Source of the DNA: Chiloscyllium plagiosum
Lineage: Eukaryota
Reading direction: 5' to 3'
DNA: 45,235 bases
Assembly (NCBI RefSeq): GCF_004010195.1
Contig: NC_057754.1
Location: 9,577,516 to 9,622,750, forward strand
The translations under genes and the position numbers were made by a program. The stretch's first letter is position 1. Each line of letters opens with the position of its first letter. The notes beneath the pieces were generated by a model. It was not told where the DNA came from and ran no database searches. It saw only the letters and a program-made list of their open reading frames with translations. Shown here piece after piece: positions 33,255 through 43,839 of this stretch.

Positions 33255-34900
33255 GGGTTTCAGCTTGAGCTGATTGATGTAGGGAGTGAGAAAATATTGG
33301 AGGTTTTGTCAGGCTTAAAAGTGGACAGATCCCCATGAGATATTGAAGGGTTAATTTGTTCTTCTGACCTGCAGGAAATTGGATGTCCGGGGGAATAGGG
33401 TGGTATGCCTCATCTTACAGGTAGAATGTAAGGAATTTACATTCCCATCTCTTGTCATTCAGAGCCATTTGCATAGCCATTTCCTAGTTATTCAGAGTAA
33501 AATAATTACATTATCAGCCCCTATTCACAAATCAATAAGAACACTCCAATTAAAATTGTGACTACTCCCTACAGTTTAAAAAAAGACATTCACAACAGAT
33601 CTGGCCATAAAGGGATGATTTACATTACATTGTTTCTGGAAATGATGTGATCACTACATTGTTTATTGAGTGGCATGTGACTGGAGGAATGGCTGGGGGT
33701 TGTCTTGTGGGCATCACTGACTGTAATGTGAAACTCCTGTACTGTATAAAGGAAGGACTGGTTCTTTTGTTTGGAGAGATCCTTGACATAGCTCCACAAG
33801 CTCTCCGAAGTGTGTTAAGGGTTCCTACAGAAAGCTTGTACTTAATAAAATATTGGTTGTTCACAGAGGTTGGTGTGTTGCAGTTGCACCAAGTGTGTAA
33901 GAACCCCAAGACAAAAGAACATAACGCCCACATACAGATGAGTTGTTTGCCCAGCTGCTGTGAGGTGAGGGAGAAAAGCACAGAGCCTTTGACCAAAATT
34001 TTAAATTCTGCTCTGGCCACAGAGGAGATGACACGAGTGACAGCAAATATGCTTCCAGTTTTCAAGAGGTGTGGTAAAGCTAAACCAGGGAATTATGACC
34101 AGTGAATCTCACATCAGTGGTAGTGAAGCTATTGGAGAGAATTCTGATGAGAATTAATCTCCAATTTAAAAACCCAGGCTTGATCAAGGATAGAAAGCAT
34201 GGTTTGGTCAGAAGGCAATCATACCTAACAAATTTGGTTGAATGTTTCTAAGACTGTCAATGAAGGTAGTGTAGTTTCTATCAATTTCAGCAATGCCTTT
34301 GATGCAGTCCTAAATGGGAGACTGATGAAAGAAGGTTAAAATACATGGGATTCAGGATAATTTGGCAAATTGCATCCAAAATTGGCTTAGTGGCAGGCAA
34401 CAGATGGTGGTGATAGGCAAATTGTGTGACTAGAAGCCAGTGGCTCACCACAAGGATCATTGGGTCGTTTATTGTTTGGGATATGAATCTTGCTTGTTGG
34501 GGGTGAGGTGAGACTTTGAACGCTCCTTGTACTGTTACTTCTTCCATTGTATGGCAGGACATTAGAGAACTTAGAAGAATAGAGGGATCTTGGGGTGCTT
34601 GTCCACAAACTCCATGGAAGTGGCAGGGCAGGTTAATAGAGTAGTTAAGAAAGCATTCAGATTGTTTTATCAATGGGGTTGTAGATTGCGAGATCAGGGA
34701 GATTATGTTGGCGCTGTCAGGATTTGGGTTTGCTCACAGTTGGAGTAGTGTGTGCAGTTCTGGTCTCCCCACCATATAAAGGATGTCATTGCACTGGAGG
34801 AGTGCAGAGGAGATTCACCGACGTGTTTACTGTGCTGGATTACTTTAGCTGTGAAAAAGAGGATGATAAGCTGAGGTTGTTGGAGCAGAGCAGGTTGATG
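33255..34900 (+). mobile_element. Old CR1 LINE fragments (33255-33340 and 33960-34900) around an unidentified insert
   Basis: LSGLKVDRSP; ANMLPVFKR..KAKPGNY; DFS.AFD.V-like segment; VQFWSP...GVQRRFT. Confidence 0.7.
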
Positions 34901-34929
34901 AGCTCCCCAATATCCACTACAGATGCTCA

Positions 34930-35032
34930 GTAGCAGTAGTGTGTACTATCTACAAGATGCACTGCAGAAATTCACCAAAGATCCTCAGACAGCACCTTCC
35001 AATCCCACGACCACTTCCACCTAAGGACAAAG
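34930..35032 (+). mobile_element. LINE 3' UTR fragment (family of 15905-17665)
   Basis: TACTATCTACAAGATGCACTGCAGAAATTCACCAAAGATCCTCAGACAGCACCTTCC is the reverse complement of 16410-16452/17195-17215. Confidence 0.7.
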
Positions 35033-35044
35033 GGACTCTTTATG

Positions 35045-35528
35045 GTGTAGGTTTGCTCGCTGAGCTGTAGGTTTGATATCCAGACCTTTCATTACCTGAC
35101 TAGGTAACATCATCAGTGGCAACCTCCAAGTGAAGTGAACCTGTTGACTCCTGCTTTCTATTTATATGTTTGTCCTGGATGGGGTTCCTGGGGTTTGTGG
35201 TGATGTCATTTCCTGTTCGTTTTCTGAGGGGTTGATAGATGGCATCTAGATCTATGTGTTTGTTTATGGCGTTGTGATTGGAGTGCCAGGCCTCTAGGAA
35301 TTCTCTGGCATGTCTTTGCTTAACCTGTCCCAGGATAGATATGTTGTCCCAGTCGAAATGGTGGGGTTTTTTTCCCCCGTGTGTAGGACTACGAGGGAGA
35401 GAGGGTCGTGTCTTCTTGTGACTACCTGGTGTTCGTGTATCCTGGTGGCTAACTTTCTTTCCGTTTGTCCTACATAGTGTTTGTGGCAGTCCTTGCGTGG
35501 AATTTTGTAGACGGGACTCTTGTTGTTT
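35045..35528 (-). mobile_element. Penelope element family B: GIY-YIG endonuclease plus terminal repeat with hammerhead
   Basis: VYKIPRKDCHKHYVGQTERKLATRIHEH...HHFDWDNISILGQ...REFLEAWHS...INKH. Minus 35116-35083: CTGATGA TGTTACC TAGTCA GGTAAT GAAA GGTC. Confidence 0.9.
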
Positions 35529-35559
35529 CCCTCACCACCTGCTGCAGACTCAGTCTAGC

Positions 35560-36300
35560 AGCCATGTCCTTTAGGATCCCACCAACTCGATCCCTGGTGC
35601 TGCCCACCAGAGTACATTTTGCACCTTTGCCACCTGTTGGTCAGCATGGAGGAGTAGTGATTCATCAGCCAAGAGGGGATGGTATATGGTAATCAGTAGG
35701 TGGTTTCCTTTCCCATGTTTAACTTCAAGTAATGAGACTTTGTGGGGTTCAGAGTGAATGTTGAGGAATCCCAGAACAACTGTCTCCCAACTAGGTACCA
35801 CTGTGCCATCATCTCTGCTGGGTTTGTCCTACTGGTGGGCCTGGGATGGTGATGATGGTGTCTGTAAAGTATGATTGTGAACATGACTATTTCAGGCAGT
35901 TGCTTGACTCGTCTGTGAAACAGCCTCCCAATTTTGGCACTCTCCCTCAGATATTAATAAGGAGAGCTTTGCAGGGTCAACATGGCAATTTTTGCCATTG
36001 TTGTTTCTGGTGCCTGGATCAATGATAGGTGGTCCATCCGGTTTCGGTTCTTCATTGAAACCTATAGCAAGTAAGACAACTGAGGGACTTGCATTTCAGA
36101 AGGCAATTGAGTCAACCACATTGCTGTGGCTCTGCACTCACGTATAGACCAGACTAGATGAGGATGATAGATTTCCTTCCCTGAATGGCATTAATGAGCC
36201 AAAAGGATCTTTCGGGACAATTGTCAATGGTTTCATAGACATTCATAGATTCTTAATTCCTGATCTCTTTCATTGAATTCAAATTTCACTATCTGCCATG
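35560..36300 (-). mobile_element. LINE APE-endonuclease / 5' region remnant
   Basis: EPHKVSLLEVKHGKGNHLLITIYHP..ADESLLLH...QNVLW. Confidence 0.7.
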
Positions 36301-36989
36301 CATTACAACACAGGGTAAACCTTCCTACTTAATTTAAAACCAGCAGCGCAGAAAAGATTTATCCCGTGCAGTAATCTAAAAATCGAGTGGCCAGGAATTA
36401 TTTAAAGTAAAACTTAATAACTTTATTTCTTAAAGTGTAACAGGGAATAATTAACTAACCACTACTTGCAATTTCTTTTCTAACCTATCTGTTACCTTCC
36501 CTTCTATAATACTAGTCCGATAAAACTCCCAATTAAAATTTACAAAACAACACTTCTTATCTCAAAGCCAGGCAGCTGTAGATTCTTGTCTTTGGATCTT
36601 CCTGTGTCTTCTTTTCTCCTTGTTAGGAATTTCTGCATCATAAGTTACTGATCAAAAAAGTACGTTTTCAAGCAGTCTGTTTACATGCTGGGCCGTTACA
36701 GTTCTCCCCTCAACTGTTCAATTTTCCCCGGTCTTATACTCCAGAGCATCGGATTGTGTCATTGGCTTTTAAGATGCCAATATACTCAACTTGATTGGAG
36801 TTTGTTATGTTTTGGGTGTAATTTAAACTGATTGGCCGAATTCAAATTTGTTTTTGTCTCCAAGCAACAAACTAATTGAGTTGTTCGACCCACTGTTACA
36901 TTGTTACCATTTTTTAGTACACTCGGTGCTGGGTCAGGTAGTTCTACTGCTTTTAACTCTCTTAAAGGTACACCCACATCTTCATAACG
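36301..36989 (-). mobile_element. Solo LTR (probably Gmr1-like Gypsy)
   Basis: Termini CATTACAACA...TTCATAACG (imperfect inverted), CATG on both sides (36297-36300 and 36990-36993), minus-strand AATAAA at 36422-36427, homology to 5976-6165. Confidence 0.65.
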
Positions 36990-37020
36990 CATGACAAGAT
37001 CATTCACTGGGGTTTCTCAT

Positions 37021-37069
37021 TGGATGCTGCCTGACCTGCTGCGCTTTTCCAGCAACACATTTTCAGCTC
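37021..37069 (+). repeat. Tiny family A PLE fragment
   Basis: GGATGCTGCCTGACCTGCTGCGCTTTTCCAGCAACACATTTT is the reverse complement of 28364-28403; TTTCTCA on both flanks. Confidence 0.75.
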
Positions 37070-37109
37070 TTTCTCAATTAATAGTTGAACAATGATAGCA
37101 CTACGCCAG

Positions 37110-37400
37110 TGTCTTCCCAGTCAATTTGTGCTGGAGAGAGGCCGTTCATCTGCTCCATTTAGGGAGAGGGATTCACTGAGCTACCCATCCTCATAACACA
37201 CGGCAAATTCACACTATCCCTCCTGTAGGAAGCCGGTAGTGTTTTCTTTTGACCCTAAAGCACAGCGGTGAGTTCTGGGTGTGGAAGGTGAATCAGTAAG
37301 TCAGCCTTTCTCTCACACGTGTACACACCGGGGAGAAGCCATTCACTCAGTTATTTCACCTAATGATAAAGCAGCGAGACCATAAGTCTCTGACGTGATT
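37110..37400 (+). pseudogene. Degenerate C2H2 zinc-finger gene remnant
   Basis: GERPFICSI*GEGFTELPILITHGKFT and [23 protein letters not shown]. Confidence 0.75.
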
Positions 37401-39752
37401 CAGTTCTGTTTATGTTCAGGATTGATAGCCTGATAATATAGCGCTTTGATTTTTCCGCTTCATTCAAGAACTCTCAACAGGTTATAGTTTACGGTAAAAT
37501 TATGAACTTTGACTCCAGTCCTAAATTGATCTTTGAAAAAAAATGTACAATTCATTGATTTGAAAGGTTTCACTAAATAAAATTAAATGAGAAATTAATT
37601 CTGTCTGATACTTGTCACCGATTTCCCATTTGCCCGAGTGTACACACAGTGTGCATCATGAAATTAACTTATCAAGGAATGTGAAGCAGAATTGGTATTG
37701 GTGAAGTTTGGAAGTCGTCGAGTTGAATCATTTCTGACCCAGCAACAGCAACATGAAGTAGAGATGAAACCCACAACAAAGACAACCAACTCGCTGGAGG
37801 TGACGTTTTTCATTGAAATGAAAAGTAAGGGGTGACCTGATGCACAACATCAGCAAGAATAACCTGAAAATAGCTGAGACAGTTGCGCAAATAAAGGAGC
37901 CTGTCAAGAAATATCAGCTGTCTGTGACAATGGAAATCTGTGCTCTGACGGTGCCTCCCGAGAGTGCCCTCGGACTCTGTTGGGAGTGCTGGCTGGTCTG
38001 TTGTATACCAGCTCCCTGGTTTTGACACTGGGCTTATGTAGTGAAATGTTGTTTGATGAAAAGCACAGGAGGCAGATGCTTCAGTGGCAAAAGAAACTCT
38101 GATTAAAACAAGCAAAAGTGAAAATATGTACAATATGAAAGAAAATGAATATTTCAAAAAAAAAACCCAATGTTCAAGTCAAGTGAGACTTATCTGATGC
38201 CTAACTAGCACCCCAGTTTAAAATTACAAAGAGCTGTTAATCACTGGGTGATATGGGAAAGGAAAGAGAGATCGACAAAATACTAATCCTGGGGTCCTAT
38301 CTTGCTTCCCTTCCCCTGGGATGCCCTGCACCATCGGCCACAAAGCCTACCCTTCCTACACCATCTGAGCTGGGACAGAGGGTTTCGATGTCCTTATGCT
38401 TACCCCCCTGAAGTAGCTTCTGTTGGCTTGGACGGTGGTGGATGTCACTGGCACTGCCCCAGTTGGTATCTCTGCTCTCTGGTTACTTCTTGGAGGTTTG
38501 TGGATAAGAAAATCATTTGCTCTCTTTTCCTGAGTCTGTGACTCACGGCGACTGGCTGTGTCTGATTCTCTGGACTCTGGCCAAACCTCTCACTGAATCC
38601 AACCCTCCGATCTCTAAGGAGTTATTGCCCAGTTATACTGACTGTCGGTTCCCTGATCTCGAAATCTGGGTTTGATGAGTGAGCTGTTGTTCCTCCTCTG
38701 AGGGCTGAATGATTCTCCTGATTATTAGAGAGGTGTGAATGGTTCTCCAATAAAAATGTTTACGATTGTTTTGGATGTCTATCTTTCTCTTGGATGGACG
38801 CAGGTTAAAGTTTTACTGTTAAGTGCAAGGCCTTCACATTCAAAGACAAACAGGTTTGTATGTGGTACAATGACGTGGAATGTTCAGTATCTCTGTGTCT
38901 GAGTAAAGTGATTACAAGTTGAATGGGTTTGTGTTTTTATGGGTCCCAGCATGTCTCAGTGGTTTGCTCTGCAGGCTGGTGTTTCATTATGTTTAGCTGA
39001 GGTGTTGTGGGGGGGGTCTTCCTTACTCTTGACAAGCTAAACCCTTGTTCCAGACAGCTGGCTTGCATATTGCCTGCTCTGTCTCAGCCATAGAGCTCCG
39101 TGAGTCTTCGTTCAAATGTGAATTCCGCAAACTCTTGTCCCAAGTTCAGAGGGTTTTAGTCCAGGGTATCTGATGGGGATTTCAGCCTTACAACACCAAA
39201 GTTCCCAGATGCGGTTGGGAGGTGGTAAATTCTTCACTGACTGAAATAAACAGCAGTCTCGCTGGATTAAGCATAACTTTGAGCGATACCACCATTTCAG
39301 AAACATCTTCTTGTCTCAGTTTGATTATCTCCAATGACTCCTGTCATGGTTAAGTTGGACAAGGAACACTGACAGTTGAAAAAGCCATTAGTTGCCTACT
39401 AAGTAGAAAGAGCACCAGCAACAAGGGACTTGCCCTAAACTGCTGACGCATGGAAACCCCTAGCTACTACCACAGCTTCATGTTCTCTTCTGGGAAGTCA
39501 GATCCCCCATTGTATTAGCCACAAAGATTTACATAAAACAAGGTGCCTGTGGGGATTGCAATAGCTGCAAGGGCATTTCACTCAGCATCATGGGAAAAAT
39601 CTTCATTCAGGTCATGATTAACTGGCTCCATCCACTTGCACAGTGAGTGTTGCCAAGAAGCACAGATCCTGTGCTAGTAGATCAACATTGGACAGGATCC
39701 CCTCCAGTTGGCAGCTAGAATAAAAGAAGCAGGATATACTTTTGTCGATCTC

Positions 39753-39942
39753 GATTTGGAGGAGCTGGGGTGGACAAAGTTAAAATTCACACAACACCAG
39801 GTTATAGTCCGACAGGTTTATTTGGAAGTGCTAACTTTTGGAACGCTGCTCCTTCATCAGGTGGTGAAAGCAGTGCTTCGAAAGCCTGTGCCTCCAAATA
39901 AACCTTTCGGATTGTAACCCTGGTGTTGTGTGATTTTTAACA
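39753..39942. mobile_element. Fold-back PLE element (family D) with 11-bp TSD
   Basis: Arms GTTAAAATTCACACAACACCAGG... and ...CCTGGTGTTGTGTGATTTTTAAC. TTGTCGATCTC (39742-39752) and TTGTAGATCTC (39943-39953). Minus core CTGATGA AGGAGC AGC GTTCC AAAA at 39860-39836. Confidence 0.85.
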
Positions 39943-40007
39943 TTGTAGATCTCAGGAGAGCATTCAAGAATATCAGCAAGGCAGGATTTGACAAGGTTTT
40001 CGGGAAG

Positions 40008-40110
40008 TTCTGAAGAAGGGTCACTGGATCTGAAATGTTAACTCTGACTTCTTCTCCATTGATGCTGCCAGACCTGCTGAGACTCTCCAGCAATTTCTGC
40101 TTTGGTTTTG
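40008..40110 (+). mobile_element. PLE family C terminus with hammerhead motif
   Basis: CTGAAGA AGGGTC ACTG GATCT GAAA TGTTA (40010-40040); downstream sequence matches 8490-8560. Confidence 0.8.
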
Positions 40111-40319
40111 GGGAGTTGTCTGTGTACCAAAGCTCCTCAGTCTGATCCATTCCTTTGCTCTGTATTGAATACTGTGACAGCTTCACTTCCAAGTTTCAAG
40201 GTGAAGAATAGAATGGAACAGAGACCAATACCATTGCTGGATAGATATGAGTAATAAAGACTTCCCTCAGGGAAATTTCCTGACTGATGGAATAGGCAAC
40301 TGGTTAGTAACATTATAAG

Positions 40320-40975
40320 GACAAATCAGGTCAGGGCTCCCATTTAATGGTAAGGTCCTGCGGAATGTTGGCAAACAGAGACCTTGGGGTGCAGGTTCAC
40401 AGTTCCTTGAATGTGGAGTTGCCGTAGACATGGTGGTGAAGGAGCCATTTGGTACATTTGCCTTTATTGGTCAGTGCATTAAGTATAGGTGTTGGGAGGT
40501 CATGTTTCAGCTGAACAGGACATTGGTTAGGCCACTTTTGTAATGCTGCATTGAATTCTGGTCTTCCTGTTATTGGAAAGATGTGAAAAAAGATTTACAA
40601 GGATGTTGCCAGGATTGGAGGATTTGAGCTGTAGGGCAAGGCTGAATAGGCTGGGGCTTTATTCCGTGGAGTGTCAGACGTTGAGGGGTGACTTTATAAG
40701 GTTGATAAAATCATGAGGGGCATGGATAGGGTGAATAGCCAAGGTCTTTTTCTTAGGATGGGGAGTCCAAAACCAGAGGGGACATATTTACAAAGCACCT
40801 GAGGAGTAACTTTTTATGCAAAGGGAGCTGCGTGTACGGAACAAGCTGACAGAGGTTGGTATAATTACAACATTTAAAGGACATCTGAATGGTTACATGA
40901 ATAGGAAGGGTTGAGAACGATATGGGCCAAATGCTGGCAAATGAGATTAGGTCAGGTTGGAAGGTCAGGTTGGAA
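40320..40975 (+). mobile_element. CR1 LINE 3' portion
   Basis: TTAATGGTAAGGTCCTG...GTGCAGGTTCA...GGTTAGGCCACTTTTG...ATATGGGCCAAATGCTGGCAAATG. Confidence 0.85.
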
Positions 40976-40979
40976 TGTC

Positions 40980-41385
40980 TGGTTGGCACCGACATGAGAC
41001 TCAATGGTCTGTAATTTCCTGGTTCATCGCTAACACCTTTCTGGAAAAGTGGAAACGCATTAGCCTTCCCGCAGTCCTCTAGCACTTTCCCCGTGACCAG
41101 ACAGGAATTAAACATGTGTCAAAGCCCCTGCAATTTCTTGCATTGCAACCAGCCCCTGTCTCCCCCGGGATGCAATTCACCTGGACCACAGGAGATTTGT
41201 CCATTTTTAAGCCTGACAAAACCTCCCCATTTCCTATGTCAAACTGTGCAAGTTCCTCACAGTCCCTTTTCTTTAACTCTGCAACAGAATTCTCCTTTTC
41301 CAGAGTGAAAACTGAACAGAAGCAATCATTTAACACTGTTCCAATATCCTGCAGCTTCATACACGGTTTGCCCCCTTTCTCGCGA
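40980..41385 (-). mobile_element. CR1 ORF2 internal fragment
   Basis: LNDCFCSVFT.E; KANAFPLFQKG..DEPGNYRPLSL. Confidence 0.8.
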
Positions 41386-41499
41386 TCAGAGACTGATGAG
41401 TTAAAGGAGGGGACTGACACATGCTGTAGCTATCACAGAACAATGATTAAGGGAAGGGTTGGTCTGGAAGGTCAATATTCCAGGCTATGGAATCATTAG

Positions 41500-42478
41500 G
41501 CAAGATAGCGGAGGAAAATTGATCAGGGTGCTTAGATTTAAGGGAAGGAGCAGAAGGATTAGAAAAGCTGGGAGGCAAGTTGTTTCACCCAGAGGATGGT
41601 GGGAAGCTGGAACTCAGATCATGGAAACAGACCCTTTAGTCCAACCAGTCCATGCCGACCATGTTTCGAGACTAGGACCCATGGGCACAGCCTTAGAGGA
41701 GGTCAATTTAGAACAGAAATGAGGAGACATTTCTTCAGCCAGAGAGTGATAGGCCTGTGGAATTCATTGCCATGGAGCGCAGTGGAGGCAGGGACATTGG
41801 GTGTCTTCAAGGCAGAGATTGATAAATTCTTGATCTCACAAAGAATTAAGGGCTATGGGGAGGGTGCAGGTAAATGGAATTAAAATGCCCATCAGCCATG
41901 ATTAAATGGTGGAGTGGACTTGATGGGTTGAACGGCCTTGCGTCCACTCCTATGTCTTATGGTCTTATGGTTTCCAAACTGAACTGCTCTCACCTGCCTA
42001 CACCTGGCCCATTTCCCTCCAAACCTTTCCTATTGATGAACTTATCCAAATGTCTTTTTAATATTTTAACTGTGCCTTCATCCATCCCTTTCACTGGCAA
42101 TTCATCCCACACACAGACCTGTGTAAAAGAGTTGCCCCCATGCCCTTGTTAAATCTATCTCCTCTCACCTTAAAAATATGCTCCAGGGGAAAAGACCCCT
42201 GTCATTCACCTTATCTATACCCCTCATGATTCTATAAACCTAAAAAAAAGTCACCCCTCAACCTCCTACACTCCAGTCTTTCAGTCTATTTTTGTATCTC
42301 AATCCCTCCATTCCTGATAAAGCTTTGATGAACCCTCTCCAGTTTAATAACATCCTTCCTATAACAGAGCAATGAGAACTGCACACAGTATTCCAGAAGA
42401 GGCCTGTACAACCTCAACACGATGTCCCAATTCCTATACGCAAAGGTCTGAGCAGTGAAGACAAGCATGCTAAACTCA
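41500..42478. mobile_element. Interleaved CR1 3' ends (+ 41500-41615; + 41665-41970; - 41617-41665 and 41971-42478)
   Basis: FRTEMRRHFFSQRVIGLWNSLP with tail TCTTATGGTCTTATGG; minus-strand LYRPLLEYCVQF. Confidence 0.8.
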
Positions 42479-42481
42479 CAC

Positions 42482-42930
42482 GGAGGAAGTGAGAACTGCA
42501 GATGCTGTAGATCAGAGTCGAGAGTGTGGTGCTGGAAAATCACAGCACCCCAGGAGCAGGAGAATCGACATTTCGGGCTTAAGTCCTTCATCAGGAATGA
42601 GGCTTGTGAGCCAAGGGAGTGGAGAGGTAAATGGGAGGGGGGGATGCGGCTGGGGGGAAGATAACTGAGAATGTGATCGGTAGATGGAGGTCGGGGTCAT
42701 GGTGATTGGTCAGAGAGAAGGGTGGAGTGGATAGGTGGGAAGGAAGATGGACAGATAGGACAGGTCGTGAGAGCGGTGTCAAGTTGGAAGGTTGGAACTG
42801 GGATAAGGTGGTGGGAGGGGGAATGAGGAAACTGGTGAAGTCCACATTGATCCCGTGTGGTTGCAGGGTCCCAAGGCAGAAGTTGAAGGGTTCTTCCTCC
42901 AGACGTCAGGTGGTCAGGGTGTGGTGACCA
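42482..42930 (-). mobile_element. Penelope family A: endonuclease C-terminus plus terminal repeat with hammerhead
   Basis: RLEEEPFNFCLGTLQPHGINVDFTSF. Minus 42594-42567: CTGATGA AGGAC TTAA GCCC GAAA TGTC. Confidence 0.88.
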
Positions 42931-42959
42931 CCTCGCACGACCACACTCTCGTGCTAACC

Positions 42960-43520
42960 TCACTGCCTTGTAAGGTTGATAGGCCTCCTCCTCTGTTCTT
43001 GGCTGCACTTTAGCCCCACACTCCTGATCTTTGAGCACCCGCTGCAGAGGGGAGCGGAGGGGACTCCCTGTGGGGTCTGCTCCTGGGCCTGGCCAAACTG
43101 GACATTAACAGGTCCAGACAGTGGACTGTGAAGGGGGCTGTTTCTGCCGACTGCCTGCCCCTCTTCTGTGGTTATGTTCGAGCCCGAATGTCCTTGGAGA
43201 GGGGGCATGTTGTATCCACCAACACTCGCAATGCCTTTAGGGAGAGTGGGCACTGCAGGGAGTAGAGTTTTTTTTACTTTAACCCCCTGCCCCATTCTAT
43301 TTGGATTTGATCCCTACCCTCCCCTTCACTTTTTCTTTCACAGTCATTACCCCTACCAGGCTCTGACTGGGGCTAGTTCCCTGGCCATGTGGGTGTTTTT
43401 TCCTGGTGGTGGAAAACACTGAGGATAACATTATCTCGCACATAGTGTTTTCACTGACTCCTGCACTTACACACTCACAACAGGGGTGCTGTGGAAAAAA
43501 AGAAGAAAAATGATGAAAAA
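42960..43520 (+). mobile_element. Tx1-type (L1 clade) LINE 3' end
   Basis: LHFSPTLLIFEHP; LLLGLAKLDINRSR; DCLPLFCGYVRARMSLER..VSTNT...F; A-rich end at 43495-43520. Confidence 0.7.
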
Positions 43521-43521
43521 T

Positions 43522-43836
43522 GCACTTAATGGTAAGGACCTGGGAAGTGTTGCCGAATAAAAAGATGTTGGAGTGCAGGTTCATAGTTCCTTGAAAGTGG
43601 AGTTGCAGATAGCTGGGTTAGTGAAGAAGGCATTTGGTACACTTGCTTTTATTGGTCAGAGCATTGAGTATAGGAGTTGGGAGGTAATGTTGTATCTGTA
43701 CAGGACATTGATTAGGTCAATTTTGGAACACTGCATTCAATTCTGGTCTCCCTCCGATATGAAAGATGTTGTGAAACTTGAAAGGGTTCAAAAAGATTTA
43801 CAAAGCTGTTGCCAGGGTTGGAGGGTTTGAGCTAAA
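43522..43836 (+). mobile_element. CR1 fragment
   Basis: KKAFGTLAFIGQSIEYRSWEVMLYLYRTLIR. Confidence 0.85.
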
Positions 43837-43839
43837 GGA

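Larger units (their letters stand above)
39320..40200 (+). mobile_element. Decayed RTE-clade (BovB-like) LINE RT, interrupted by two PLE inserts
   Basis: CGDCNSCKGISL.SIMGKIF.QV....L..LA..VLP; RSTLD; YTFVDL...AF..IS.AG. Confidence 0.65.

Noticed and set aside
8378..39942. DNA-transposon MITEs as the explanation for the inverted repeats
   Set aside because: TSD lengths vary, the arms are asymmetric, and for families A and B the same sequence ends ORF-bearing Penelope copies in this window.
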